64,000 bases of DNA from Candidatus Poribacteria bacterium (GTDB taxonomy: Bacteria > Poribacteria > WGA-4E > WGA-3G): positions 4,952,081 through 5,016,080 of the forward strand of contig OY764016.1 in the NCBI GenBank assembly GCA_963667805.1, in the 5' to 3' direction. Below are positions 21,112-31,209 of this stretch, piece after piece; the first letter of the stretch is position 1, and each line of letters starts with the position of its first letter. The translations under genes were made by a program, and so were the position numbers. The notes under the pieces are model-generated. The model was given only the letters and a program-made list of their open reading frames with translations, was not told where the DNA came from and ran no database searches.

Positions 21112-22536
21112 TTATGGGAAAATACCCAACTGCATATAGGATTTCGCGATTTTGTGGATGGCGTTGATATACGCCGCCGTTCGGTAATCTATGACATCGT
21201 TTTTGTTCCTGTGCTGCAGGCAGATTTCGCGTATCTCCTGATAGGCGTTTATCATCGTATCCTGAAGACCAGAGTTCACCAAATCTTCCTCATCAGCACC
21301 ATGTATTAACTCTCGCTCCTCGTCTGAAAATGTATAGCCAGTCGCCTTCTCAACAGCGCGACGCATCACGTGCTGCGTTTGGTCCTCAAACCGTTTGCCG
21401 AGCCTCCCAAATTGGACATGCGACAGATTCCGAAGCCACTCGAAATAGGAAACGGTGACACCCCCCGCGTTGAGGAAAGTGTCCGGTATAATCATAATCC
21501 CCCGTTTTTGGAAAATTTCATCAGCAGCGGGTGTTGTGGGTCCATTTGCAGCTTCAGCGATAATAGCGGCTTTGATTCGGGGCGCGTTTTCTGCTGTCAG
21601 CTGATTCTCGAGCGCAGCGGGAATGAGAATATCACAGGCTAATTCCAGACCATCGCTCGGATTCTCAATGCGTTCAGCACCCGGATACCCGCGGATTGAT
21701 CCGGTTTCCGCACGATGTGTGGCGACTTTTTCGACATCAAAGCCTCGTGGGTCATAGATGCCACCATTTCGCTCTATAATCCCAATGACGCGAGCATCCG
21801 CCTCCATCAGAAACTTCGCAGCATGATAACCGACATTACCAAACCCTTGGACAATGACACTTTTTCCCTGTAGACCAGTGGAGAGCCCAAGCGGTTTCAT
21901 ATCCTCTGCGAAGCTGCATGCCTCTTCTAAACCGAAGACGACCCCGCGTCCGGTAGCCCCTTTCCGTCCCTGGATCCCGTTTTGTTCGATCGGTTTACCT
22001 GTTACGCACGCAATAGCATTGAGTTTGTCAGGTGCCATTGTAATATACGTATCCAAAATCCACGTCATTTCGGTTTCGCTGGTCCCAAAATCAGGTGCTG
22101 GCACATCTACCCCGGGTCCGATGTAATTCTTCTGGATCAACTCATACGTATAACGACGAGTAATGCGCTCCAATTCACTTTCGGAATACTCGCGTCTATC
22201 CAGTTGGATGCCACCCTTAGCACCACCGAACGGCACATCTACAAGCGCGCACTTGTAGGTCATCAATGCCGCAAGTGCCATTATCTCGTCTTCGTTGACG
22301 AGGGTACTGTAACGAATGCCACCTTTTGTCGGAAGGATATGATGGCTATGTTCCGCGCGCCATCCGTGAATAGTTTGAATAGTGTCGTCGTCCCGCTTTA
22401 TTGGAAATGTGAAGTGGCAGGAGTTATTACATATCTTTATCTGCTCCAAAAGCCCACGCGGATAGTCAGTGAAGCGGGCAGCCTTGTCAAAATCCTTATT
22501 CACTTTCTGGAAAAACGAGAAACTTTCGGTTTCCAT
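21112..22536 (-). CDS. gdhA: Glutamate dehydrogenase (Glu/Leu/Phe/Val family, eukaryote-like subtype)
   Basis: PTKGGIRY, PFGGAKGG, DVPAPD, QGFGNVG and NAGGVTVSYFEW. Confidence 0.93.
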   Translation of the reverse strand: METESFSFFQKVNKDFDKAARFTDYPRGLLEQIKICNNSCHFTFPIKRDDDTIQTIHGWRAEHSHHILPTKGGIRYSTLVNEDEIMALAALMTYKCALVDVPFGGAKGGIQLDRREYSESELERITRRYTYELIQKNYIGPGVDVPAPDFGTSETEMTWILDTYITMAPDKLNAIACVTGKPIEQNGIQGRKGATGRGVVFGLEEACSFAEDMKPLGLSTGLQGKSVIVQGFGNVGYHAAKFLMEADARVIGIIERNGGIYDPRGFDVEKVATHRAETGSIRGYPGAERIENPSDGLELACDILIPAALENQLTAENAPRIKAAIIAEAANGPTTPAADEIFQKRGIMIIPDTFLNAGGVTVSYFEWLRNLSHVQFGRLGKRFEDQTQHVMRRAVEKATGYTFSDEERELIHGADEEDLVNSGLQDTMINAYQEIREICLQHRNKNDVIDYRTAAYINAIHKIAKSYMQLGIFP

Positions 22537-22560
22537 AATGCTCAACCTGAATGTAGGAAT

Positions 22561-22626
22561 GGGCGAGGCACAGAGACCTCGCCCTACAATACCCTAATGC
22601 TGGCGAGGTTTCTAACCTTGCCCTAC
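22561..22626. repeat. Pair of REP-like palindromes
   Basis: GGGCGAGG-cacagaga-CCTCGCCCTAC and GGCGAGGTTTCTAACCTTGCCCTAC. Confidence 0.7.
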
Positions 22627-22665
22627 AACAATATGATGTGAAAACTTCGTCTTAGGAAGCCGGTG

Positions 22666-23526
22666 CTACCGTTGCCGAATGAACTTTTGAAGACGGGCAT
22701 CCGCTTGAACTTCACCGACATAGATATCGCCGCGCGAATCCAACCAGATACCGTGTGGGCATGCCATAAATTCACCGGGGACACTACTGCCGCGTTCGCT
22801 GCCCCATTGGGAAACGACCTCACCATCCAAGGTCATAATCGTGATACGTTGATCCAGTTCAGCGATATAGACGAGTTCATCTTCACCGATGTAGATCGTG
22901 TCTGGATGTGCCAGACCTCCCCATTCTTCAATGTACTCACCATCGAGCGTGAAGAATTGGATACGATTGTTTTCTCTATCGGCGACCATGAGCCTATTGC
23001 GCGGATCAACTCTGACACAATGTGGGAGATCAAACTCACTCGGACCTGTGCCGGGCTGTCCCCACGATTTAATCAATTCACCATCAGCCGAATATTTGTG
23101 GACACGGGCGTTACCGTAACCGTCGGTGATATACAGTTCGCCATCAGGGCCGACTGCCAAATCTGTCGGCTTATTGAAGGGCTCACCTTCCGCCCCGGGT
23201 TCATCCGGGGTACCGAGCGTCATCAGGAGTTCACCGTCCGTAGTGAACTTCCGCATAACGTGTGTGTCCCGTTCCGTACAATAGATATTATCATCAGCAT
23301 CGATGAAAATCCCGTGAGCGTCCTTAAGGATATCATCTCCCCAAGAATTGAGAAAGTTGCCGTCCCGATCGAAGACGACCATCGGATGCTCGCTGCGACT
23401 GTAAACATAAATGCGATCCTGTGAATCGACAGCAACAGCAGGAACCCAACCAAATTCCCAACCCTCTGGAAGGGTCCACCAATTTTCTTGCACAGTATAT
23501 TGATGTGTGCCTTGTCCAAAAACCAT
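22666..23526 (-). CDS. NHL-repeat beta-propeller, peptidyl-alpha-hydroxyglycine lyase-like
   Basis: AHGIFID, FNKPTDLAV, YITDGYGNARVHKY, FDLPH and VADRENNRIQ motifs. Confidence 0.88.
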   Translation of the reverse strand: MVFGQGTHQYTVQENWWTLPEGWEFGWVPAVAVDSQDRIYVYSRSEHPMVVFDRDGNFLNSWGDDILKDAHGIFIDADDNIYCTERDTHVMRKFTTDGELLMTLGTPDEPGAEGEPFNKPTDLAVGPDGELYITDGYGNARVHKYSADGELIKSWGQPGTGPSEFDLPHCVRVDPRNRLMVADRENNRIQFFTLDGEYIEEWGGLAHPDTIYIGEDELVYIAELDQRITIMTLDGEVVSQWGSERGSSVPGEFMACPHGIWLDSRGDIYVGEVQADARLQKFIRQR

Positions 23527-23597
23527 AAATTTTCTCCCTACTCCAAAATGAATTGGCAGCTATTTTAGCAAGTTCATCGCGATTTCTCAAGGAAAAT

Positions 23598-24623
23598 TTA
23601 CTGACATCCTACTATCTTAATCAGGTCTGTATTGTTCATGATGCCTCCTACCCGTTCAGCGTTTCTACCCCAACCGTAAAGCGGCACGTTACTGACGGTG
23701 TGCCCACCTGTACTCCAAGAAATTTCAGGGACGTGTCCCTCCCCGTTATTTTTATGAACTTTCAGTCCTCCCGTTTCGTGATCGGCAGTGACAAGAATAA
23801 GGGTATCGTCTCGTTCAGAAACGCGGTCAACAATGATTTGGACCGTTTTGGAAAACTCAATTGTCTCCAAAATGTTGCGTTCAATGTCATTAGAGTGTCC
23901 GGCATGATCAATACGTCCACCCTCAACAAGCAAGAAAAATCCCTCTGGGGCATTAGAGAGGATGTCCAATGCCACTATCGCCATCTCTGACAGATGGGGC
24001 AAATCGTTGGGACCATCGAACATGTATGGGATATTCGTATCTCCAAACTGTCCGGAAACACGGTTTTCAATGTCGGTATTGAGGTTCAACAATCCCTCTC
24101 GATCGCTCACAACGGTATAACCCGCGGCTTTGGCATCTTTCTCAGTGAGTCCATTACCGCCGCCGCCCAAAAGGACGTTTGGGCGAGTAAGATGAAGGTA
24201 ATCGTGGGCAATATCGGTGAGGTTGTTGCGTTCGGGGTTGTGTGCAGCAAATGCTGCGGGGGTCGCATGGGTGATGTAGGTAGTTGACACAAGTCCAGTC
24301 CATCTGTCTTGTGCCTTGAAAATTTCTAAGAGCGTCTTCAATGGAGCACCGCTACCGGGAAATTCCATGCTGATGACGCCGTTGTTGACTTTGTGTCCCG
24401 TTGCCATAGCGGTTGCAGCGGCAGCAGAGTCTGTCATAGGTGAGTTTGCTGCATAAGTCGCCATTTCTGCGTGGTGTGGGAACGCTTCAAAGGACAGAGT
24501 GCCTGTTTCACCATAGGCATAGTATCCCGCGGCTTTGACTGCTTCAAAGCCCATACCGTCCCCTATGCAAAAGATTACATTCTTTGGGGAGCCGGAGTCA
24601 AAAAATGGCAGTTCGGATACCAT
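23598..24623 (-). CDS. Alkaline phosphatase
   Basis: KNVIFCIGDGMG, TDSAAAATA, THATPAAF, VEGGRIDHAGH and VTADHETGG. Confidence 0.93.
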   Translation of the reverse strand: MVSELPFFDSGSPKNVIFCIGDGMGFEAVKAAGYYAYGETGTLSFEAFPHHAEMATYAANSPMTDSAAAATAMATGHKVNNGVISMEFPGSGAPLKTLLEIFKAQDRWTGLVSTTYITHATPAAFAAHNPERNNLTDIAHDYLHLTRPNVLLGGGGNGLTEKDAKAAGYTVVSDREGLLNLNTDIENRVSGQFGDTNIPYMFDGPNDLPHLSEMAIVALDILSNAPEGFFLLVEGGRIDHAGHSNDIERNILETIEFSKTVQIIVDRVSERDDTLILVTADHETGGLKVHKNNGEGHVPEISWSTGGHTVSNVPLYGWGRNAERVGGIMNNTDLIKIVGCQ

Positions 24624-24748
24624 GAATGCCTCCTCGGGGTTGTATTCTTAAGGTCAATGCGGTTTCACAATCCCAAAACTAAAACCTTACTGGATTAAAA
24701 ACGATAATTTTGAAGTCTATCATACATAGGTGTGTATCGCTATGTCAT

Positions 24749-27700
24749 TCACTTGATAAGAATCTCATTGAAAAGAGCACGGGTCATCTCGGTCCATTTT
24801 CCGTAATCCTGCAAAAACGCTTCTGCAGCGGGTCTATCGTTATTTCCTGTATATCCGAGTCGGCGCGCCAGCTGTCCAAGTTCCGCGCGATTTTTGGGCA
24901 GCGCGTCCAACGCCCGATCGTGAACAATACGGAGGGCATTCTCGACGCGTCTCAGAAATTGATACGCTTCCGCGAATCCGTCACACTGTGCCTCTGTCAG
25001 CACTCCAATCTCGTGCAATCTCTCAATCGCGAGGGGTGTGTTTTGCACACGCACAGAAGTTTCCCCGCCGCCATGCACCAATTGAAGGGTTTGAACGGCG
25101 AATTCTATATCCACAAGTCCGCCGTAGCCTGATTTGACATTAACTGTGGATGTCTGTGCTTTGGCACCCCTTCTCCGCCGAGTAGATGTCTTTCGAGTCG
25201 CTTGTGCTTCTTTCCGTTGGCGTGTATGCACAATCTCGGCGATCTCCTCAGACGTTAAAGCCTCCCCATAACAGAAGGCGTGGGCGATTTCCAAAAATTG
25301 GTTGCCAAGGTGTTCTATGTCTCCGGCGACGACACGCGCACGGGTCAACGCCTGACGTTCCCAAACCTCTGCAGTGTTATTGTAATAATTCTGATATCCT
25401 GCCAATGGCAGTGCAATCGCACCCCCTGTCCCATGTGGACGGAGCCGCAGATCAACCTCATAGATACTCACGCCACTGCCAGCAAGTCGATTTACTAACT
25501 CTAAACCGATAGCTGAAAAATACTCCACATTCGGCATACCTTTTGTCGTCTCACCATCTGCCGAATAGACGTACATAACGTCTAAGTCTGAACTGAAATT
25601 CAACTCACGTCCACCAAACTTACCCATTGCAATGATCGCGAACGTTACGGGTGTTCCATCGGGCGCAAGTGGCGTGCCGTGTGCCTCGCGAAGTTCCGCC
25701 TCAATTTCGGGGTAAATGGCTTGCAACGTCGCTTCGGCTAAATCGGAGAGTTCCTGCGTCGTATCCGGTAATGTCGCGTTTCCGAGAATATTTCGCAAGG
25801 CGATACGCCAGATCTCATCGTTTTTATAACGCCTCAACATAGACAGCAGTCTGCCCCCCGGTGCCTGCTCGACCACTTGTAACGCCTCCGTTTGCTTCTC
25901 GGCGAGCGTTTTGGAACGTTCTATCAACGTAGGGACCGTCAGCAAATCAAAAAGTTCAGGACTCGCGATGAGCATATCTGCAAGATATAAACTCGTGCCA
26001 CAGACCCGCGTAAGCACTTCAAGTGTCGAGGGCTTCTCAGCGAACATCGTGTAGTAGCTGCTCCGCGCACCCACTTTATCTGTGAACGCCGAAAGGTAAC
26101 GGAGTGCCATGTCTGGATTAGGGGAGTCCCGCAAAACATTTAGGAGTGTCGGCGCAAGTTTAAAGAAGGTCCGCCGCACACTCGGTGAGAATTGAATACC
26201 ATCGCCACCGTTCGCAAGTTGTTTTAAGAGACGCTGCGCGTTTCGGACGTTTTCAAAGCGGAACGTGCTCAAGAAATTTTCTAATTGATGCGGATCCTCT
26301 TCGGAGAGTAGAATGGCGATGTCAAGCCCATCTGCAGATTGAATTGAAGTCGTAGTGATCTTCTCAAAAATGGCGCGCACCTGTTCGGTATGGGCGCGAT
26401 AATCTTCTCGAAACGCCGCCAGCGCATCCGTTTCTGTGGTATGTGGGTACCCCACGCGCCGAGCGAGTTCCCGTTCCTCCGTTTCTTTCTCCGGGATTAA
26501 ATAACGCTGTTGATCCGCTTCGAGTTGGATGCAGTTTTCAACCTTGCGTAGAAACCTATAGGCAGCCATAAGCGCGTCCGCATCCTCCACACTAAGGAGT
26601 GTGTTTTCTTTTAACGCCGCAAGCACTTCCAAAGTATTGTGTGAACACAGTGACTTTCGCTTGGCACCGTGGATCATCTGAAGGCACTGGACGGTGAACT
26701 CAATGTCACGGATAGCACCCGGACCGAGTTTTACATGTTTTTCCAGGGGCGAGCCTTCGTTGACGAGCCTTTCCTCTATCCGTGCTTTAGTGCGTCGGAT
26801 GTCCGCCTTAATCTCGGTAAGTGTCACGCCATCTAAATAACGCTGATAGACAAACGGCTGGATCATGCGAATGAACTCATCGCCAAATGCCATATCTCCA
26901 GCGACGGGGCGCGCTTTAATTAAAGCTTGACGTTCCCACAAGTCACCCCATCCTTCATAGTAACTCTCGTAACTCTCCATCGAACGGATGATAACACCTG
27001 CGCTACTTTCCGGGCGCAAGCGGATGTCAACGCGAAAGACGTAACCCTCTGGCGTTATTTCACTCATCGCCTTGATGAGAAATTCGCAAAGGCGTGAAAA
27101 GTACTCGCTATTGTCAGTCCCCATATCGGTCCGTGCATCATCCGAGTACACGAAAATAAGGTCAATGTCGGAGCTGAAGTTGAGTTCATAGCCACCTAAC
27201 TTTCCCATCCCGATGATGGCGAAACGACAGGGTGCAGTGCCTTCTTCATCGAGGGGTGTCCCGAACTTCGGTTTCATGACTTGGTCACGCCCGATTTCGT
27301 AGCAGTGTTGTAGTGCAGCTTCAGCCAAATTGCTCAACTCCAAAGTTGTTGTTTCAACGTCTGCTACCTTAAGCAGGTCGCGCAATCCGATACGAAGCGT
27401 TTCTCTGCGTTTATATCGCCGCAAGATACGGAGTTTCTGCGCTACCGAAGCGAACCTTAAGATGGATTGCTTAAGCTCCTGATACATCATCTCCGAAGTT
27501 TTCTGTGTCTCCATCACATTCGGATCGATGATGTCATAGAAATATTCAGGTGTGCGAATTAAAATTTCAGACAAATAGGTAGACGCACCAAAAGTTAAGA
27601 TGACAGGACGTATGAGGTGCGGCGCATCTCGCAGTAGATGATAGAGCGATCTGCGATTGAAGGATGCCTCTGCAAAACGTGAAAAACGATTTAAAGCGGC

Positions 27701-27916
27701 TTCAGGGTTCGGTGCGTCTATGGAGGTTGTCAACAAGCGGATGACGAAGTCCGCAAAGCAGGTCTGGATGTCTGCGTCGTCGGTGGTGAGTTCTTGTAGG
27801 CTGCGCAATATAGATTCACTGTCTATATGACCAGCTCTATCGACAGCATTAGATAAAATTCGATGAATTTCTTCTCTCTGACGTTGTGGGAGCGACAATT
27901 CTGTGTAATCTATCAT
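24749..27916 (-). CDS. glnE: Bifunctional glutamine synthetase adenylyltransferase/adenylyl-removing enzyme
   Basis: Two nucleotidyltransferase halves: MGKLGGYELNFSSDIDL/VDIRLRP/WERQAL and MGKFGGRELNFSSDLDV/VDLRLRP/WERQAL. Confidence 0.95.
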   Translation of the reverse strand: MIDYTELSLPQRQREEIHRILSNAVDRAGHIDSESILRSLQELTTDDADIQTCFADFVIRLLTTSIDAPNPEAALNRFSRFAEASFNRRSLYHLLRDAPHLIRPVILTFGASTYLSEILIRTPEYFYDIIDPNVMETQKTSEMMYQELKQSILRFASVAQKLRILRRYKRRETLRIGLRDLLKVADVETTTLELSNLAEAALQHCYEIGRDQVMKPKFGTPLDEEGTAPCRFAIIGMGKLGGYELNFSSDIDLIFVYSDDARTDMGTDNSEYFSRLCEFLIKAMSEITPEGYVFRVDIRLRPESSAGVIIRSMESYESYYEGWGDLWERQALIKARPVAGDMAFGDEFIRMIQPFVYQRYLDGVTLTEIKADIRRTKARIEERLVNEGSPLEKHVKLGPGAIRDIEFTVQCLQMIHGAKRKSLCSHNTLEVLAALKENTLLSVEDADALMAAYRFLRKVENCIQLEADQQRYLIPEKETEERELARRVGYPHTTETDALAAFREDYRAHTEQVRAIFEKITTTSIQSADGLDIAILLSEEDPHQLENFLSTFRFENVRNAQRLLKQLANGGDGIQFSPSVRRTFFKLAPTLLNVLRDSPNPDMALRYLSAFTDKVGARSSYYTMFAEKPSTLEVLTRVCGTSLYLADMLIASPELFDLLTVPTLIERSKTLAEKQTEALQVVEQAPGGRLLSMLRRYKNDEIWRIALRNILGNATLPDTTQELSDLAEATLQAIYPEIEAELREAHGTPLAPDGTPVTFAIIAMGKFGGRELNFSSDLDVMYVYSADGETTKGMPNVEYFSAIGLELVNRLAGSGVSIYEVDLRLRPHGTGGAIALPLAGYQNYYNNTAEVWERQALTRARVVAGDIEHLGNQFLEIAHAFCYGEALTSEEIAEIVHTRQRKEAQATRKTSTRRRRGAKAQTSTVNVKSGYGGLVDIEFAVQTLQLVHGGGETSVRVQNTPLAIERLHEIGVLTEAQCDGFAEAYQFLRRVENALRIVHDRALDALPKNRAELGQLARRLGYTGNNDRPAAEAFLQDYGKWTEMTRALFNEILIK

Positions 27917-28142
27917 TTTCTTTCTCCTCTCTCTATGCAACGCTAAGATTAATTCTATTTTATCACTTTTTTGGGCTTCATTGCAAACCAATTTCCTAAT
28001 CGTTAGTTCCTGTAGAACGGAACTCCGATTCCCGATACCTGACGCTACTGATTGTTGCTTGCTGACTGCCCCTAAAATCCTCTTGCTATTAACGCCACGC
28101 TGTGCTAATATATCGGAAAAGTTTCAAAGGAGACCCACAATC

Positions 28143-29024
28143 ATGTTCAAACTCGGCGTTATCAACGACGAAGTTTCACAAGACTTTGCTACCGTTGTTA
28201 ATTTTGTAAAAGAATTCAATCTACACTCCATCGAAATCCGCTCTGTCTGGGACAAACTCCCGAACGAACTCACCGACACCGACATCGACGAGATGAAGCG
28301 CTTACTCGATGGCACGGATATTGAGATTATTGGAGTCGCATCTCCGTTCTTCAAATGCGATATAGACAACGCCGCGGAACGGAAAGAACATCTTGATATA
28401 CTCAAAGGGTGCATCCGAACGGCAAAGGCGTTTGATACCAATCTCATCCGAACCTTCGTCTTTTGGGACACCGGTGAAACCGAGGCGCGGTGGGATGAAA
28501 TTATCGCCTCCTACGATGAACCGCGCAGAATGATAGACGGCGAAGGCATCGTCCTCGGCATGGAAAACGAATCCACTACCTCGCTCCGCACCGCCAAACT
28601 TACAGCGGAATTTATTGAGCAGATTGATTCCCCGAATATCCGCGGTATCTGGGACCCTGCCAATGAAGCACACGCAAAGGGTGGCGAAACCCCGTATCCC
28701 GATGCCTACAACCGCATGAAATCGACAATGATCCACGCGCACCTCAAAGACGCAGGTCCGAACCCCGATACCGGTGAAATAGAATCCGTTCCGGTTGGCG
28801 ACGGCATCATCGACTGGCAAGGGCAGCTGCAAGCTTTCATCGACGACGCTTACGAAGGACATCTTACCCTTGAAACGCATTGGCGTCCCTCACTGAAAAT
28901 TGACGAGGCCATCCTCAACCGTCCAGCAGGGCAAGCCTTCTCTGAAGCCGGTGAGGAAGCCTCACGCATCTGTATCCAGAACTTACTGGCGATGATCGAG
29001 AACTTAGAGAAGGGAAACGTCTGA
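28143..29024 (+). CDS. Sugar phosphate isomerase/epimerase (AP endonuclease 2 TIM barrel)
   Basis: AAGGAG RBS; LGMENE, WDPAN, HAHLKDA and LTLETH motifs. Confidence 0.85.
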   Translation: MFKLGVINDEVSQDFATVVNFVKEFNLHSIEIRSVWDKLPNELTDTDIDEMKRLLDGTDIEIIGVASPFFKCDIDNAAERKEHLDILKGCIRTAKAFDTNLIRTFVFWDTGETEARWDEIIASYDEPRRMIDGEGIVLGMENESTTSLRTAKLTAEFIEQIDSPNIRGIWDPANEAHAKGGETPYPDAYNRMKSTMIHAHLKDAGPNPDTGEIESVPVGDGIIDWQGQLQAFIDDAYEGHLTLETHWRPSLKIDEAILNRPAGQAFSEAGEEASRICIQNLLAMIENLEKGNV

Positions 29025-29044
29025 ATCAAGATTAGGCAACTGTG

Positions 29045-29129
29045 AGCCTGCAACATCGGCGCAGGCGGCTCGAACACGGAAACCGTCAAATCACAGAGCC
29101 CGTATCTTATCCGCAAGGTAAATTAAAAA
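29045..29129 (+). repeat. Intergenic repeat family X (AGCCTGCAACA..CGCAGGCGG..CCGCAAGG..AATTAAAA), copy 1
   Basis: Shares three conserved blocks with 55196-55303 and 56186-56336. Confidence 0.7.
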
Positions 29130-29130
29130 G

Positions 29131-30216
29131 ATGAAAATTAAAGCAGTTCGGACATCTCTCTACGACATCCCACCGGAAGTTGAACGCGTCGATGCCATTC
29201 AAACTTTCGTCTCTATGGAGTTTCCCTTCGTTGAAATTGAAGACACAGATGGTGTTGTAGGAACAGGATTCTCTTACACGATCGGTAAGGGTGGGGAAGC
29301 GATTAAGCAGACGATGGATGCCTACCTCACACCGATCCTCCTCGAAGAGGATGCCGCCAACATCGACCGGATTTGGAATCGGATGTGGATGGAGACACAC
29401 TGGGTTGGCAGAGGGGGCATCGTCGGTTTAGGTATGGCAGCGGTCGACATCGCTCTCTGGGATCTCATGGCAAAGCGCGCAGGCGTGCCGCTCTACCAAC
29501 TCCTCGGTGGGGCAAGATCCACTGTTCCCGTCTACAATACAGATGGCGGCTGGTTACACCTCTCTGAAGAGGAACTCGTTCGGCAATCCGTGGAATTTGT
29601 GAAGCAAGGCTTCAAAGGTATCAAGATTAAGGTCGGACGGGACAGCCTCCACGAAGACGTGGCACGCATCTTCGCCGTCAGAAAGGCGATTGGTCAGGAA
29701 CCCTATCTCATGATTGATGCCAACATGAAGTGGAACGCCCGCGAAGCCATTCAACTCGCCTGTCGCGTCGAAGAAGCAGACCTCTTCTGGTTTGAAGAAC
29801 CCATCGAGGCAGACGATGTTGCCAGCCATGTGACCCTGCGCGAGAAAACCACTATCCCGATCGCTATTGGCGAGACCATCTACAATAAATACGTCTTTAA
29901 GGAATACATCGCACAAGGCGCGGCGGATATCCTACAAGCTGATGCGGTCCGTGTCGGTGGTATCTCCGAATGGATGAAGGTCGCACACATGGCGGAGTGC
30001 TTCGGGCTTTCCGTCTCACCACACTTCCTGATGGATTTGCACGTGCATCTTTCTGCCGCTGTGCCACATTCGCTTTTTGTTGAATACATCCCTTCGCTTG
30101 ACCCGGTTATTGACGATACCTTGACGCTCAAAGACGGACACTTTTCGCCGCCTGATCGTCCGGGGCACGGTATTCTGTTCAATAAGGAGAAGTTGGGGGC
30201 GTATCAGGTATCATAG
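29131..30216 (+). CDS. Mandelate racemase/muconate lactonizing enzyme family dehydratase
   Basis: AVDIALWDL, KIKVG, MIDAN, WFEEP and AIGE motifs. Confidence 0.92.
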   Translation: MKIKAVRTSLYDIPPEVERVDAIQTFVSMEFPFVEIEDTDGVVGTGFSYTIGKGGEAIKQTMDAYLTPILLEEDAANIDRIWNRMWMETHWVGRGGIVGLGMAAVDIALWDLMAKRAGVPLYQLLGGARSTVPVYNTDGGWLHLSEEELVRQSVEFVKQGFKGIKIKVGRDSLHEDVARIFAVRKAIGQEPYLMIDANMKWNAREAIQLACRVEEADLFWFEEPIEADDVASHVTLREKTTIPIAIGETIYNKYVFKEYIAQGAADILQADAVRVGGISEWMKVAHMAECFGLSVSPHFLMDLHVHLSAAVPHSLFVEYIPSLDPVIDDTLTLKDGHFSPPDRPGHGILFNKEKLGAYQVS

Positions 30217-30244
30217 AAACAGATCTTGGTCGGTTGGTTGAAGA

Positions 30245-30320
30245 GTGGGCGAGGTTGCAAACCTCGTCAGCGGTGGTAGTATATCTACTGAGGAAAGTCG
30301 GGGTTAGAAACCCCTCCCAC
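30245..30320. repeat. Two REP-like palindromes
   Basis: GTGGGCGAGGTTGCAAACCTCGTCAGCG and GTCGGGGTTAGAAACCCCTCCCAC. Confidence 0.6.
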
Positions 30321-30349
30321 ATAACCGACTGCTACTTTGAGGAGAACTT

Positions 30350-31060
30350 GTGAAACTTGAAAACCGTATCGCAATTATCACAGGCGGCGGACGCGGGATC
30401 GGTCATTCGACCGCCTTAGCGTTTGCCAAAGAAGGCGCAAACATCGTTCTCGCCGCACGGACGGATACCGAAATAAACGCTGTCGCCGAAGAGGTAAAAC
30501 AGCTCGGCAGACGTGCACTCGCCATCAAGACCGATATCCAACTGAAAACGGATGTTGATGCCATGGTTGCCCAAACGCTTGACACCTTCGGTAAGGTAGA
30601 CATCCTCGTCAACAACGCAGGGATCGCAATTCACAACCCGATTCCGAAGATCCGAGAAGAGGATTGGGACCTGACGATGGCAGTCAATCTCAAAGGCGTA
30701 TTCCTCGGTACACAAGCCGTTTTCAGCCACATGTGCGAGCAGAAGTACGGACACATTGTCAATGTCTCCTCCGTCTCTGGCAAATCTGGGCATGTCAATG
30801 GTGGCGCGTATTGTGCCTCTAAATTTGCCGTTGTCGGTTTCACCGAGACAACGAACAACGAAGGTAGACCGCACGGTGTAAAAGCCTCGGTCGTCTGTCC
30901 CGGTCCCGTGGATACCAAAATGCGCCGCGATAACCATCCAGACGATGTGATCGAACATCTCACACTTCCAGAAGATGTCGCAGATCTCATCCTGTTTCTG
31001 GTGACACAGCCACCTCGTGCGCATACGCTTGAAACTGTCATCCGAACGCCCTTGATGTAA
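30350..31060 (+). CDS. Short-chain dehydrogenase/reductase
   Basis: TGGGRGIG, NNAG and YCASK motifs. Confidence 0.93.
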   Translation: MKLENRIAIITGGGRGIGHSTALAFAKEGANIVLAARTDTEINAVAEEVKQLGRRALAIKTDIQLKTDVDAMVAQTLDTFGKVDILVNNAGIAIHNPIPKIREEDWDLTMAVNLKGVFLGTQAVFSHMCEQKYGHIVNVSSVSGKSGHVNGGAYCASKFAVVGFTETTNNEGRPHGVKASVVCPGPVDTKMRRDNHPDDVIEHLTLPEDVADLILFLVTQPPRAHTLETVIRTPLM

Positions 31061-31122
31061 TACCAATTCTAAAAATAAATATCGCATAGCCGACTTTTCT
31101 GATAGAAATGGTATAAGATAGC

Positions 31123-31209
31123 AGCCTGCAACAACGGCGCAGGCGGCTATGAGCATATCCCTTTGATAAACCAACCACCTGATTTAACGCTTTGCGCATA
31201 ATTAAAAAC
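31123..31209 (+). repeat. Intergenic repeat family X, copy 2 (degenerate 3' part)
   Basis: AGCCTGCAACAACGGCGCAGGCGG...TAATTAAAAAC directly before tatD ATG. Confidence 0.6.

Noticed and set aside
21982-22641. 219-aa plus-strand ORF
   Set aside because: Antisense shadow of glutamate dehydrogenase
22663-23424. 253-aa plus-strand ORF
   Set aside because: Antisense shadow of the NHL-repeat gene; no recognisable motifs
30416-31174. 252-aa minus-strand ORF
   Set aside because: Antisense shadow of the SDR gene
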